Below, piece after piece: positions 52,940 through 64,000 of a stretch of DNA of 64,000 nt (position 1 is its first letter; each line of letters opens with the position of its first letter). The notes beneath the pieces are model-generated. The model was not told the DNA's origin and did not search any database. It saw nothing but the letters and a program-made list of their open reading frames with translations. The position numbers and the translations under genes were made by a program. The DNA lies in contig NC_068985.1 of NCBI RefSeq assembly GCF_001194135.2, forward strand, positions 7,010,181 through 7,074,180. Reading direction: 5' to 3'. The DNA is from Octopus bimaculoides (taxonomy: Eukaryota).

Positions 52940-53300
52940 GCTACACCAAGAAGTAATGTATGTCACCACCTTTGACATGGACGCCTGCTTCAGCTAGCCA
53001 AAGATGCAACTTGCTGCCTATATATTGCAAGCAGGGGAGCGAACCCCTACCATTTTCCAGCGACTTGATAGGGACACCAGACCAGGCTGGTTTAGGGCTA
53101 TTTTTGCCCATCTTCAATGCTAGACATCTGTCCACTCGAGATGGCTGTAACTCGCTCCAGCTCACAATATACAGAAACATAATGGATACTTGCAATGTAT
53201 CGGATACAGGTTGCATCGTTGACCATCTGGAGGAGGCGTTCTCTTGGGGTTTCACAAATAATAGTGATGTATGGAACAGCCTTGTTTAGGTGGCGACAAG
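52940..53300 (+). mobile_element. Possible decayed DNA-transposase fragment (Academ-like, tentative)
   Basis: GC-richer island. Frameshifted YLQCIGY..LEEAFSWGFTNNSDV loosely resembles the xxLGxIGYxMxGSGLEExLxxxYxxNSV block I recall from this family. Confidence 0.3.
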
Positions 53301-54879
53301 CAAATAAGATTTCTCCAGACAAATTAAATCTAAACGGACGCTTTTAACACACAGAAACAAACTGCTTGAGTATCAAAATTACAATACATATACTCATCAT
53401 TAAAAATTTTCTAGTGAACCCAGAATTCATTCTTCTTGTGAACAGCAAATACACACTTAAATAAAAACAAAAAGATATAAATCTGAAAAAATAATGTAAA
53501 TTAATTTCAAGATAACTTTAAAATAACTTGGGTTTTATAAGATATAAATGTACTGCAATATATGTCCATGAGCTATCACATATGCACTGATATATGTATG
53601 CATTTGATTATCTATAAGTAGGTTGGTAGGTAGGTAAAGTTAAAATGGTCTGGTTATTAGTAATATTCATGAAACTGAAATATTTCTGAACACATAAATT
53701 ATTATATTCTATGTAGTTTACAGAAAATGTGAAATTTTATGGAACGAAAAACGAAAGAATAAAATATAACATCTTGTTTCTGCTCCCTGAAATAATAAAT
53801 GGCTTTTACGCCGTCAAAATCTTATTGATACTAAAAGGGTTGTCAAGGATAAGGTTTACAGGTAGAAGTGAAAATTTCCTCAAATTCAAGTGATGGAGAA
53901 TAGGTTGTATTGTGAATTGTAAAATGTCCAATTTTAAAACATAAATCATTTGCGTTGACATATCTGACGAAAGAATTGTCAGCTGGAGAATACAAAGTGA
54001 AGCTAGAGTGGTCTTTATTCACTTTCGTGCTATATGCTGTATTTACTTTCAGTTCGACTCTAAAATGTTATTTGCCAAGACACACTTGAAGATGAGGTTA
54101 GATATTCAAATTGATCAATGAAATTGTTCTTGCCACATTTAAGGAGAAAGAAATAAAATGAATGACAAACCGGAGGATGAAATTTTCATTCATCTACCAT
54201 AACAGTAACCTAGGCAACTGCTGCTGTAAGTTTTTCTTAGCGTGAGAAGAACACAGTAAAATACGAATAAACGAAGTGTTTCCGTTTCTCATTTTCTAAG
54301 CGCGCGCGCGCAGTATATGTGTTTGTGTGTTTACAGTACAATTGATACACTTACTCGAAACCATGTAAGTGCACATGTAAGGATTTTTACATTAAAAAAA
54401 AAAAAGGCAAAAAGGTAAACGAAGGCAAACATATATGGGCGTCCTTTTCCGTCTCAATGCTACTGCAATTTTTATGTCTCTCTGCAGATNNNNNNNNNNN
54501 NNNNNNNNNNNNNNNNNNNNNNNNNNNNNNNNNNNNNNNNNNNNNNNNNNNNNNNNNNNNNNNNNNNNNNNNNNNNNNNNNNNNNNNNNNNNNNNNNNNN
54601 NNNNNNNNNNNNNNNNNNNNNNNNNNNNNNNNNNNNNNNNNNNNNNNNNNNNNNNNNNNNNNNNNNNNNNNNNNNNNNNNNNNNNNNNNNNNNNNNNNNN
54701 NNNNNNNNNNNNNNNNNNNNNNNNNNNNNNNNNNNNNNNNNNNNNNNNNNNNNNNNNNNNNNNNNNNNNNNNNNNNNNNNNNNNNNNNNNNNNNNNNNNN
54801 NNNNNNNNNNNNNNNNNNNNNNNNNNNNNNNNNNNNNNNNNNNNNNNNNNNNNNNNNNNNNNNNNNNNNNNNNNNNNNN

Positions 54880-54913
<34 letters not shown>

Positions 54914-55149
54914 TATTTGTGACAGAATCCTGCCAGCGATGTTCCCGCAGTTTTTTTTTCTATACGTATTTCGCAGGCGGGGAGTTGAGTCGCTACTGTC
55001 TCTAGCGGTCGAGTGTCCATCATTGACTAGACCGAGGCAAGTTGATATCACGTGATCTAGTAGTCTCGACGCTTGGGATGGCTGGATTTATCTCCCCGCT
55101 AGCAATATAAGCAAGAGTGAATTTTGCACCCAAATCTAATACGAGAGTT

Positions 55150-56150
55150 TCTCTTATGGTATCTACCACAGTATAACTTTTTCCAATAAAACATTCACGT
55201 TTAAGTGGGGATAAATATTACCTTTTGGTGTTAATATATATCAGCGACAGAGGTAGTATTGAGTGCAATTTGTCTTGTCCTGGAATCCAGTATTTGTCCT
55301 CCATGAACGATTAGTCTCATTCGTAAGTTTCGTTTGTCCAATGTAATCCGCACTGCATATATTGCGTATATTAAAGATTTTGAAGGACAAGAAAACTGTC
55401 CCGAATTAAATTTGCATGTTGTGTCCTCAATAAAATTGTCACACGTTCCACATTTAGAAAGGCCACCTTTTTAACTGATGGATTTGAGTCCGTAGTTCGT
55501 ACTTTCACGTTTGTAAAGAATTTTTGTTTGTGGGATGTTTTTGGCATTTGATTTTGTATAATTCAAGTGCTTTTTTCATTCTTTGGTCTTTGATTAATAA
55601 TGGAATGTTTTGATGGACAATTCTGACTGATTTGTTTTTAGATGTGTGTTGTAATTAAAGCGAGATGTTTTTTTTCTTCTTCTTAGTAACTGAACTGTTT
55701 TTGGCTTTTCCTATTTCTTCAATGCCCACTGCTTTGGAGCCTTCTATTCCATTCTCTATTAAAGTAGATGGATATTTCTTCTGAGTAATGCCTGTTGTAA
55801 TTCTATATTTCCGGATTGGGGATAACTGTTCTCATTCTTCTCACCAGGCAAAATTTGTTTGTTTTGTTACGCTTTGGGTGATATGAACTGAAGAGTCGAT
55901 ACTGTTTAGTCAATAGCATCGTAGCGGATGTGGGTTTTTATGTACAAGGCATCCTTTATAATCAAATGTCTAAGAAAGGTCGCTGTTTATGGCTTAATTC
56001 CAATATGAACTGAATAGTGTTAATGAAGCTATGGAACATGAATTTGGAATGATTGAATTCATCTATGTTTTATGTCCATACAGTGAAACAGTAATCTGCA
56101 CCGTTTCCAATTATTCACCAAATAATTTCGGACGTTGATACCGAACATTG
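55150..56150 (-). mobile_element. Decayed Penelope-like element: RT C-terminal part and GIY-YIG endonuclease
   Basis: Minus strand: ADYCFTVW..TIQFILELSHKQRPFLDI..KQYRLFSSYHPK (RT), then SKCGTC..SCPSKSLIYAI / DYIGQT / MRLIVHGGQILD (Cys motif plus GIY-YIG). Many frameshifts. Confidence 0.85.
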
Positions 56151-56194
56151 TTTTAGATTGTTCATACAACTGGACAAACAGAAATGTCACCAAC

Positions 56195-56400
56195 AACATT
56201 ATCATCAGCATCTGTCATCATTATTTAACGTCCGTTTTCCATGCTGGTGTGGGTTGAACAGTTTGACAGGAGCTGGCAGGGCCTGGGGCTGCACCGAGTT
56301 CCATTGTCTGTTTCGGCATTGTTTGTACACCTGGATGATCTAACGACAACCACTTTACAGAGTACCAGAAACAGTGTTTTTTACGTTGCACCAGTACTAA
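56195..56400 (-). mobile_element. SINE remnant with an RTE-like 3' end
   Basis: catcattatttaacgtccgttttccatgctggtgtgggttgaacag...ctggatgatctaacgacaaccac reads on the minus strand as an ...acgttaaataatgatg tail. Family recognised from memory; single copy here. Confidence 0.5.
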
Positions 56401-59400
56401 CAGGGGCACCAAAACCTCTCACCCAGGAGGGACAGTGGAAGCGAGAGGCTGTGCCATTGTGATAACTGGGAGGTAAGCTAGTGAGGGGCAGATAGACCTG
56501 TTTGGTTATAAAGTAGATACATAGATAACCTATTTTGGCAAAGAAAGGAGAGTGAGCTAGATAAGGTGAGCGGGAGAGATGATGCCGAAGATATGTGTGT
56601 GTGTGTGGGCTTGTGTGTGTGTGTGTGTGGGCTTATGTGCATTTTGCCTGCATCTGTATATATACTTACGTGCATACATATACCCACGTATGCATACATA
56701 CACATACAATCACACATACGCGCATGCATGCACACACATATATGAGGTGAACAATAAAGTAAAGCGAATACATATTTGCGTACCTTCTTCACACATTCCC
56801 GTGTCTAGCGGTTTCGGCTCATGAAGTGGTTGTTACTATGAATTTCTCGAATGTGTTGGGTGTTGTTCAAACAGGGAAATAATTTTGTTGTAGTATACGG
56901 CTCCAAATCGTGTAATAGTTCAGTGTAGCACTCTAGAGGCTCAACAAACAAAATATATCAACTATAAAACACCTTGTAATAGCAAGTATTATTCTCCTGA
57001 TAGAGTAGCATAACTCTGAACCTCTGTAAGAATATCTTACTATAATTATCATTCTGGCAGCAATGACACATTGGTTTCTTTGGATGATTTGAAGTGAACA
57101 GATATTTAGGGATGAGCAACAACTAGTCTTTTACAAAAACGTACACACACTCATATCTTATTCAACTCAGGACAGACCTGTGTTTGTGCGTGTGTGCATT
57201 TGTTTTTATTTGTATGTGTGTGTGTGTATAATGCTAATCCATATTCATGCCATAATCACTCGGTGATCCGAAGGGGTGTTGAAATTAAGCTGTAAAACAT
57301 TCTTTGGCCAGACCATCTTTAAATAGTTATTAGTCTTAACGGCTAGTATCCACGTGTGTGCGTGCGCGCGTGTGTGTGTGTGTACAGATAGGAGAGTTTC
57401 TATTTTGGAAACTGACCCTATAATAGTTTACATTTAATTCCAGTTTGTTTCCCAACAACCTGCCATATTTAATTACTTTTGCTATCATTTGCAAATTTGA
57501 AATTTTGACTCTAATACGATTAATATGTCCCGGTTGGAAAGACATGTGACATCGGTTATAAAATTCTTAATAAAAGGATTTTATGGGTTACATTAAAATT
57601 CTTCAATTCTGTAATCTTAGCTTAAAGTATTGCAATACGATACAGAAACATAAGATCGGTTACAGACATTTAGACGCAGAATGCTGGCGCTTTGCCATTG
57701 CTGGCCTTTAGTGGAATTCTAGAAGAAATAAGTTCAGCAAAAGTCAACGCAAATGTAACAAATCAGACAGGTTTTACGACGTAGTTGACAAAAGAAACGA
57801 TTTCTCTCTTTATACCAATGTTTCTATTGCGTTCTCTGCTTTAAATAATGTATTTACAAAGAACTCCTTTGTACCTAATGAACTTGCGATTTGGTTTCGA
57901 TTCTAAACTAGAGTATATTGTCTATGCATTTATAGCTATGCAATATTTTTTATTAATCATTGTGATAACAAAGTATTTATATTTTAATTTTCATAACCTT
58001 TATTGTATTACAAAAGAAGCCATCTATTATTTTTCATAATAACAATATAGAACGGGAATTTAGCAGCGCCACCTATATCCGAACAATTATTCTGTGCTAA
58101 TGAAGGGAAATAACCCGGAAATCGCGATACAGATATTGTTTTGAACTGAATGGGGATGCTTGATATCCTTGTTTGAAAATATATGGACACAGGTCGTGTC
58201 TTATAGCCAGCTGGAGATGATATCTCCTGGGGCTAAATTACAACATTCGTCCTAAACCAGGACTGCCATGTTATGTTGGCAAACAATCTTTAGTCCAAAA
58301 ATACAGTTATTCTATTACTCCGTTAAGTTTCAGCCGTAAGGCTGTGGTCATTCTGTGTGATGACCTGTTAACTGCTCAATTCTATGTGACAGGCTTTAGG
58401 TAAAGGAGGGAGTTCGACACTGCTGTCCTCTTTTAAGTTTCCTGCCTTGGTTTTGGTTCATCTGGGATCTTGGATAGCAGTCGTAGCAATTATGTTAGTG
58501 GAAAAGACAAACACGTATTAGCGATCCAGGTAAAAATATTGTTGATTCTGAAATGTTTAGTGAATACTATGCACACAGATACTAAAATATGTAACATCTA
58601 TCCACACATGTTCACATGCTAATGTACATACACAAGTACTGTGCAATTTCATTTAATGCAAAAAGGATAGGTAAGGTAAGACAAAACATCATTATATAAT
58701 ATCATGCCCCACAACCACCACCATGCTTGTAGGATGGATGTCACTGATAGAAAGTGCATAAACGTCAGAGATTTGATTTCTGCGATTGGTCATTCGTATT
58801 GGTGCTTTCAGTTTGTGAAACGATCACTCACTGGAAGGGAATTCATTGCTTTGTAGAATCCCATCATGTTTTACTCTTCTACTCGATGCGATATGTGCGT
58901 TTCAAGTACTTGTATATTTAATTCGTATGTTATGCAGCGTCGTTGCTGATGATTTGCTCCCTTGTATTACTGAATGAAGTAAGTAAAAAGAGCTCGATAT
59001 TCATGTATTCAACGAAACCGATATTCTAAAGCCACGACGATGGGAAACCTACAGAACTAGCAATTCATGTANNNNNNNNNNNNNNNNNNNNNNNNNNNNN
59101 NNNNNNNNNNNNNNNNNNNNNNNNNNNNNNNNNNNNNNNNNNNNNNNNNNNNNNNNNNNNNNNNNNNNNNNCTCTCTTTCACTCTCCCACCTTATTTCAT
59201 TACTTTTTGATAGCACTATATTTCTACTGCAGATGGTACATTGTTATTGATATTGTGAGATAATCCATAGTCTTATTTCTGTGTGAATTATGGAAGGCGG
59301 GTTCACATTATAGTTTCATAATTACCGCATTCTAATAAAGAGCTTTGTGACACATTTTAGCGTGCACTGCATTAATTACTATCTTTGGCAAGTTGGATGT

Positions 59401-59954
59401 TAAAGCATTTTTATCTGGCTTCTAACCATTATGCTGTTGCTGTAGGATTCTTAATATCATTGACACACTTCCATTACGAACCACATTAGTGAGAAATCTT
59501 CCGCCGAAATGTAATCAATATCATAGAATTTCTGCCCATTTTGCATTCCAACACGATTCTCTAATTACTGAAATACAAATGCAATATCACAATTATTAGT
59601 GGAATGCTTCAAATATGAGACTATGGATGACCAAGGGTACAGCGCAATTATACTACAGCTTCGCAAATAATGAGGAAAACGATATTTTCTATCCTTTGGT
59701 TGCTTCTCTTTATAGAGAATATTTATTTATTCTCTTTAGATTATGAACACGAGCAGAAAATGTTTTACAGAATTTCCTTTGTTTCAGCACCTTTTCAGAA
59801 TAACATTCTCTCATATCAGCGTTGTTCCATAGCTCGCCATATCATACCTGCAAGTTAATAAATAGTTCTTTTTAAGACAGCAAGCATACAGAATTGTTAG
59901 CAAACCGAGCATGATGCTCACTAGCACTTGGTCTGTCTCTATGATGTAAACTGA

Positions 59955-60095
59955 CATTCCGCTGAGGTTGACTTCGCCTTTCATAATTTCGGTGTTGATA
60001 AAAAAAAGGTTTCTGTAAACCCCTGGAGTCTACTTAATCTACTTGACCTCTCACTGCTCCCTAAAGAACTGCTGACCTTGTGCCAAAATTTTCAA
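59955..60095 (+). mobile_element. Diverged SINE family B
   Basis: ccgctgaggttgacttcgcctttcat...tgaccttgtgccaaaatttt. Confidence 0.6.
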
Positions 60096-60216
60096 CTAAT
60101 ATATAATTGTAATTCTCTTTTTTTTTTATATAGAAGCGTTGAGATGTATTGTAAGATACAGAAATAAATTTATTTCTCAAACGCGTGATAATGCTATAAA
60201 TAGCGTGATCATGATA

Positions 60217-60297
60217 AATTATCCATATATCGCAGAAAAATACGTTACCGGCCCATGGCTGGCCGGTAACGTATTTTTCTGCAATATATGGGTAATT
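60217..60297. repeat. Near-perfect inverted repeat (37-bp stem, 7-nt loop)
   Basis: aattatccatatatcgcagaaaaatacgttaccggcc-catggct-ggccggtaacgtatttttctgcaatatatgggtaatt; 35/37 Watson-Crick pairs. Confidence 0.95.
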
Positions 60298-60340
60298 CTC
60301 ATGTTCCAACAGGTGCATTGAAGTTAGAGAAAAATAAATA

Positions 60341-60573
60341 CAGGGTTGGCCAAAGGTCATCTGACAGTAAATCAAAACCCTTTCCTTCCAAGATTTATTT
60401 ATGTCTAATAACTAAATGAATTTAACGAAAACATCTAAATATGTAACATCATGCAAATTGATCAAACAGAAGTCCTTCTGGAGCGGTATATTGTTCCATT
60501 CGAGTCGATACAGAATTATAGATTGTATTTATGCAATTTTGGTTTACTACCGGTTGACTTTTGGCCAACATTG
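60341..60573. mobile_element. Tc1/mariner-type MITE
   Basis: TA-cagggttggccaaaggtca ... tgacttttggccaacattg-TA; imperfect TIRs with TA on both sides. Confidence 0.75.
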
Positions 60574-61278
60574 TATGTTAGCAACGAATAGAAAACAACC
60601 CTTCACAAGGAGATATATAAACGTATTCGTGCGTGAAATGTATAAATGTATGTTTCTATTTGTATAAGGTTATTTGTGTTGTAGGTCTGGTTATAATTAT
60701 TCCTTTCCAGACCTACGGTTAGGCGTTAAGGCCGCATAATATATAACACTTGTTAAAATTGTCGAAAATTTCGTGGATATACTCTTGTTTGCCTAATGTC
60801 AGCGGTTACTTCAGTTATTTCATTGAAATGCAACCCCTCACACAAACTCCGGTATAAATGCACATGCAGATGCATATTTATTCAAAGAAGTACACACACT
60901 CACGCATAAACAATATACATACATATATATATATATATGTGTGTATTTATATACACACACACACACACACACACACTGCATGCATATATACATATAAGTA
61001 CGTATCAATGATTTGATTGATATTTTTTTAAGCACCGTTACATATTAGTTGAATCTTCACATCTTTGTATGTTCTGCAATATTCATTTTCAATATTTTTT
61101 TTAATTGAAATATGAAATAACATAAAACGTATGCACCATATTATCCGAGGTTTCCACAATAATTTATATATGATTGTTCGAACAGCCGCATTGCCACATT
61201 TATATTTATTTATATTTTAAATTCAAATCTACAATTTGCTGATATATTCAAAAATCAATCTCTCTCTCTTTCTTTCTC

Positions 61279-61313
<35 letters not shown>

Positions 61314-61957
61314 TGTACGTACAATTGTATTTATATCTGAAACTCATGGTGTCAGCTGTTTTTATAGCTATTTATTTCCACAAATTTTCATCAATTTATT
61401 ATTATGAACTATAAAATATCAAGTTTGTTTAATACTCTCAGTATGCAAATAATAAAACCTGAAATCAATCCAGGAATTTTAATCGAATAATATTCAGACT
61501 TTAACAATAATTGACTTGAAATACCATGATGATGTCTCTAATATCGAGGTTAGTTACGCAACACCTGGCTTTCGTTCAAATTTATCTAATTTTCAAAATG
61601 ATTGCCAATATGTAAACAAGTCATAATGATTTTGTAACAATTTAAAATTTCTTGTAATTTGACCGCATATATTGTGCCAAGATTAGAAATTTGTGTTAAT
61701 GGTTTTAGTCTAAATATATCATATTTCCTCTTTTGGGTTCACATTTTGCAAATGGTTGTGACATGCAACGTTATCTAGATTAGTGAATAGTTTAGAATAT
61801 TTTACGATATGATTGATCATTTATTTTTCCTAAAACCTCAGTCGAAGTTTGTAGTACCGCTAAGTTTATTCAAATTTACTATATGAATATATTTACTAGT
61901 GGGACATGTCAAGATAAATGTTTGGGCGTGCGGTTTGGGAATGTTGGTTTCAAACTA

Positions 61958-62110
61958 AGTCACAAGGCCAGTAATTTCTGGGGAGCGGGTAAGTCGATTA
62001 CATCCACACCAGTGCTCAACTCGTACTTAATGTATCGAACCCGAAATGGATGAGAAGCAAAGTCGAACTCAGCGGAATTCGAACTCGGAACGTAAAAACG
62101 GACTAAATGC
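61958..62110 (-). mobile_element. SINE family B
   Basis: cacaaggccagtaatttctgggg...gcaaagtcgaactcagcggaattcgaactcggaacgtaaa. Confidence 0.75.
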
Positions 62111-62397
62111 CGCGGTTTGAGAATATTGAGAATCAATTATATTTTTCTGATTCCGCTCCTTGCGGGAGTCTAAGATTATATTTAAACATATGGCATTTTG
62201 AAACGGGGCAATTTGAAGGCACGCGCATGAAAGCTATATTCTAGAGAATCATTTGCTACCACGTGAGATTTTCAAGACATTAATGTCTGTTTAATATTTG
62301 GTGGAGTTGTGCAAACAAAAGAGCTAAAGTAGAATTTTAGCCGAGCAAGGGTGACTGTATCTTTGTATGTAAATGCATCTAAAGGCGCATTGCTTAA

Positions 62398-62675
62398 TAG
62401 CTGGGGTAGTCGGTTCACGATCGCAAAGTCGTGAGTAAGATTCGCGGCGGTGCATTGTATCGTTGAGCTCACACAGCTGACGAAAACAATGAGTCGTACC
62501 TGTATTTCAAGGGATCATCTTTTTCACATTCTGTGTCACGTTGTATCTCCCTGAGACCTGCAATAAAGGAACGTGTATCTATGGAATGCTCTGCCACTTC
62601 CACGTTGATATTACAAACTTGGTTGTTCTGTTGATCGGATCAACTGGAACCCTCGCTGTAGTAACCGACGGATTG
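62398..62675 (+). mobile_element. SINE family E
   Basis: Homologous to 35808-36125 (ctgtatttca...tgtgtcacgttgtatctccctgag...gatcggatcaactggaaccctcg..gtaaccgacgga). Confidence 0.72.
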
Positions 62676-64000
62676 TTAGTTTTATGTAAATGCATATGTA
62701 TCCGGACCACTCAGATACAAGCTGTTTGATCTTTAGAATGCGGGTCTTTGCACGCTCTAAAATCGTTTCTTATAGAGAAACTCCGCGGGAAACGCACGTC
62801 AAATATTTCACAACATACCGTCCTAATGATTTGCAGTGGAACATACAGGTATAACCAGTTGCAGGTGATCACTTCTTTTCCAAAGTAAAGTTGCAGAGGG
62901 ATTCGTAGGCACTTCCGGTGACTAAGCGCCCCGCCAGGGATTGCTCACCTGTCAGTCAGAAATGACAACTAGAAAACTTGTTCTTTGGATATCAATCCTA
63001 ATTCTGAAACTGGTCAGCAACTGCATGCCTGACGAGTGCTCACTCTTTGTAGTCGTCCTTTCGTAGTCACATCTCATTCTGTAAAAATGGGTTTTAAATC
63101 GCTATTAGATGGGTGAATAAGGCGCCGTTCAGCAAACCATTTAATCTATCGAATGTAATTGTCGTCATGCTACACCGGTCAGACATATATTTGTCCACAA
63201 ATAAGGATTCTGGGCACAGCACATAGCTACCACCCCTAATTTAAATTTTATCAGGATGTGGTGCTAGGCAACAAATAATCTTTCCTTAATATATCGCATA
63301 GATTATGGCATCTACACAAAACAGGATAGAATCAAGTTTTCGCCGTTAATTATCTGACAGCGCTAGTCTCAGAGGCAAAACACAAATCTTGAAACCCTTG
63401 CCTATCCACACTAATTCTATCTGCTATGCAAATACTTGATTCTCACAACATTAATGTCGAGTCTGTCGTGACATGGCGGTGATATAATTCACTAATTCAG
63501 GTGGCAACGTCCATGGCTGTGGACTATAAGTGTGCGGCAACCGATGCATGCATTTTCAGTGATGTACCTCTTAAATTTCACTCGTATAAACAAATGATGA
63601 GCATATGTAACTCTGTCTAAAATCAACATCATTACTTAAATGATAATAAGTGGGACAAACGAACCGACATATCATTCAGTAGTAAGATGCCGTAATGTCT
63701 AAAGATGACTTATTAATTTTGAGCGGCCATATTAAATATTAGAAATTGCTGTTTACAAAATCACTTCCAAAATCGATTTTAGAACGAGGATGGAACTTAA
63801 TTTAAATCTTGAAATACATAGTTTTAATGTTTTTCTCATATATTCCATAACAAAAATTTACATATCACATCGTTGCATCAAGACAACATAAAGTACTTTG
63901 TTAAGAGCATGTTTTTAATTTCATGTTACATACATTTCAAATTCTTAGGCCGTTTTTTTTTTTACACTTTTCCTCGATGTTATTCTCGTAAATGATGTTT

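Noticed and set aside
58062-58078. CTCF-like motif (minus strand ATAGGTGGCGCTG)
   Set aside because: Only the 3' half of the consensus matches; a single partial hit is expected by chance.

Overview
AT-rich eukaryotic DNA dense in microsatellites, with at least ten N-gaps, most next to (AT)n/(GT)n runs. The SINE families resemble ones I recall from Octopus genomes, so this is most likely octopus intergenic or intronic sequence (inference). I found no host protein-coding gene, rRNA or functional tRNA that I can support; most ORFs in the track are microsatellite or gap artefacts. The window is a mosaic of transposable elements: several tRNA-derived SINE families, decayed LINEs (RTE, Tx1/L1, Dong/R4, Penelope-like), Tc1/mariner remnants and MITEs. 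The most notable signal is a repeat carrying a minimal type-I hammerhead ribozyme motif, present four times at two loci. At 19790-20171 it follows a tRNA-like Pol III head. At 48383-48779 it forms a fold-back cassette flanked by a 14-bp target-site duplication. A second hammerhead-like family (25654-25689) and a decayed Penelope RT/GIY-YIG element (55150-56150) are also present. Together these suggest a ribozyme-bearing SINE mobilised by Penelope-like elements. Other points of interest: Dong/R4 LINE pieces bordered by (AAT)n tracts, a 560-bp MITE with an unusual 5-bp TSD, and an 81-nt near-perfect hairpin. Most element boundaries are approximate; all alignments were done by eye.
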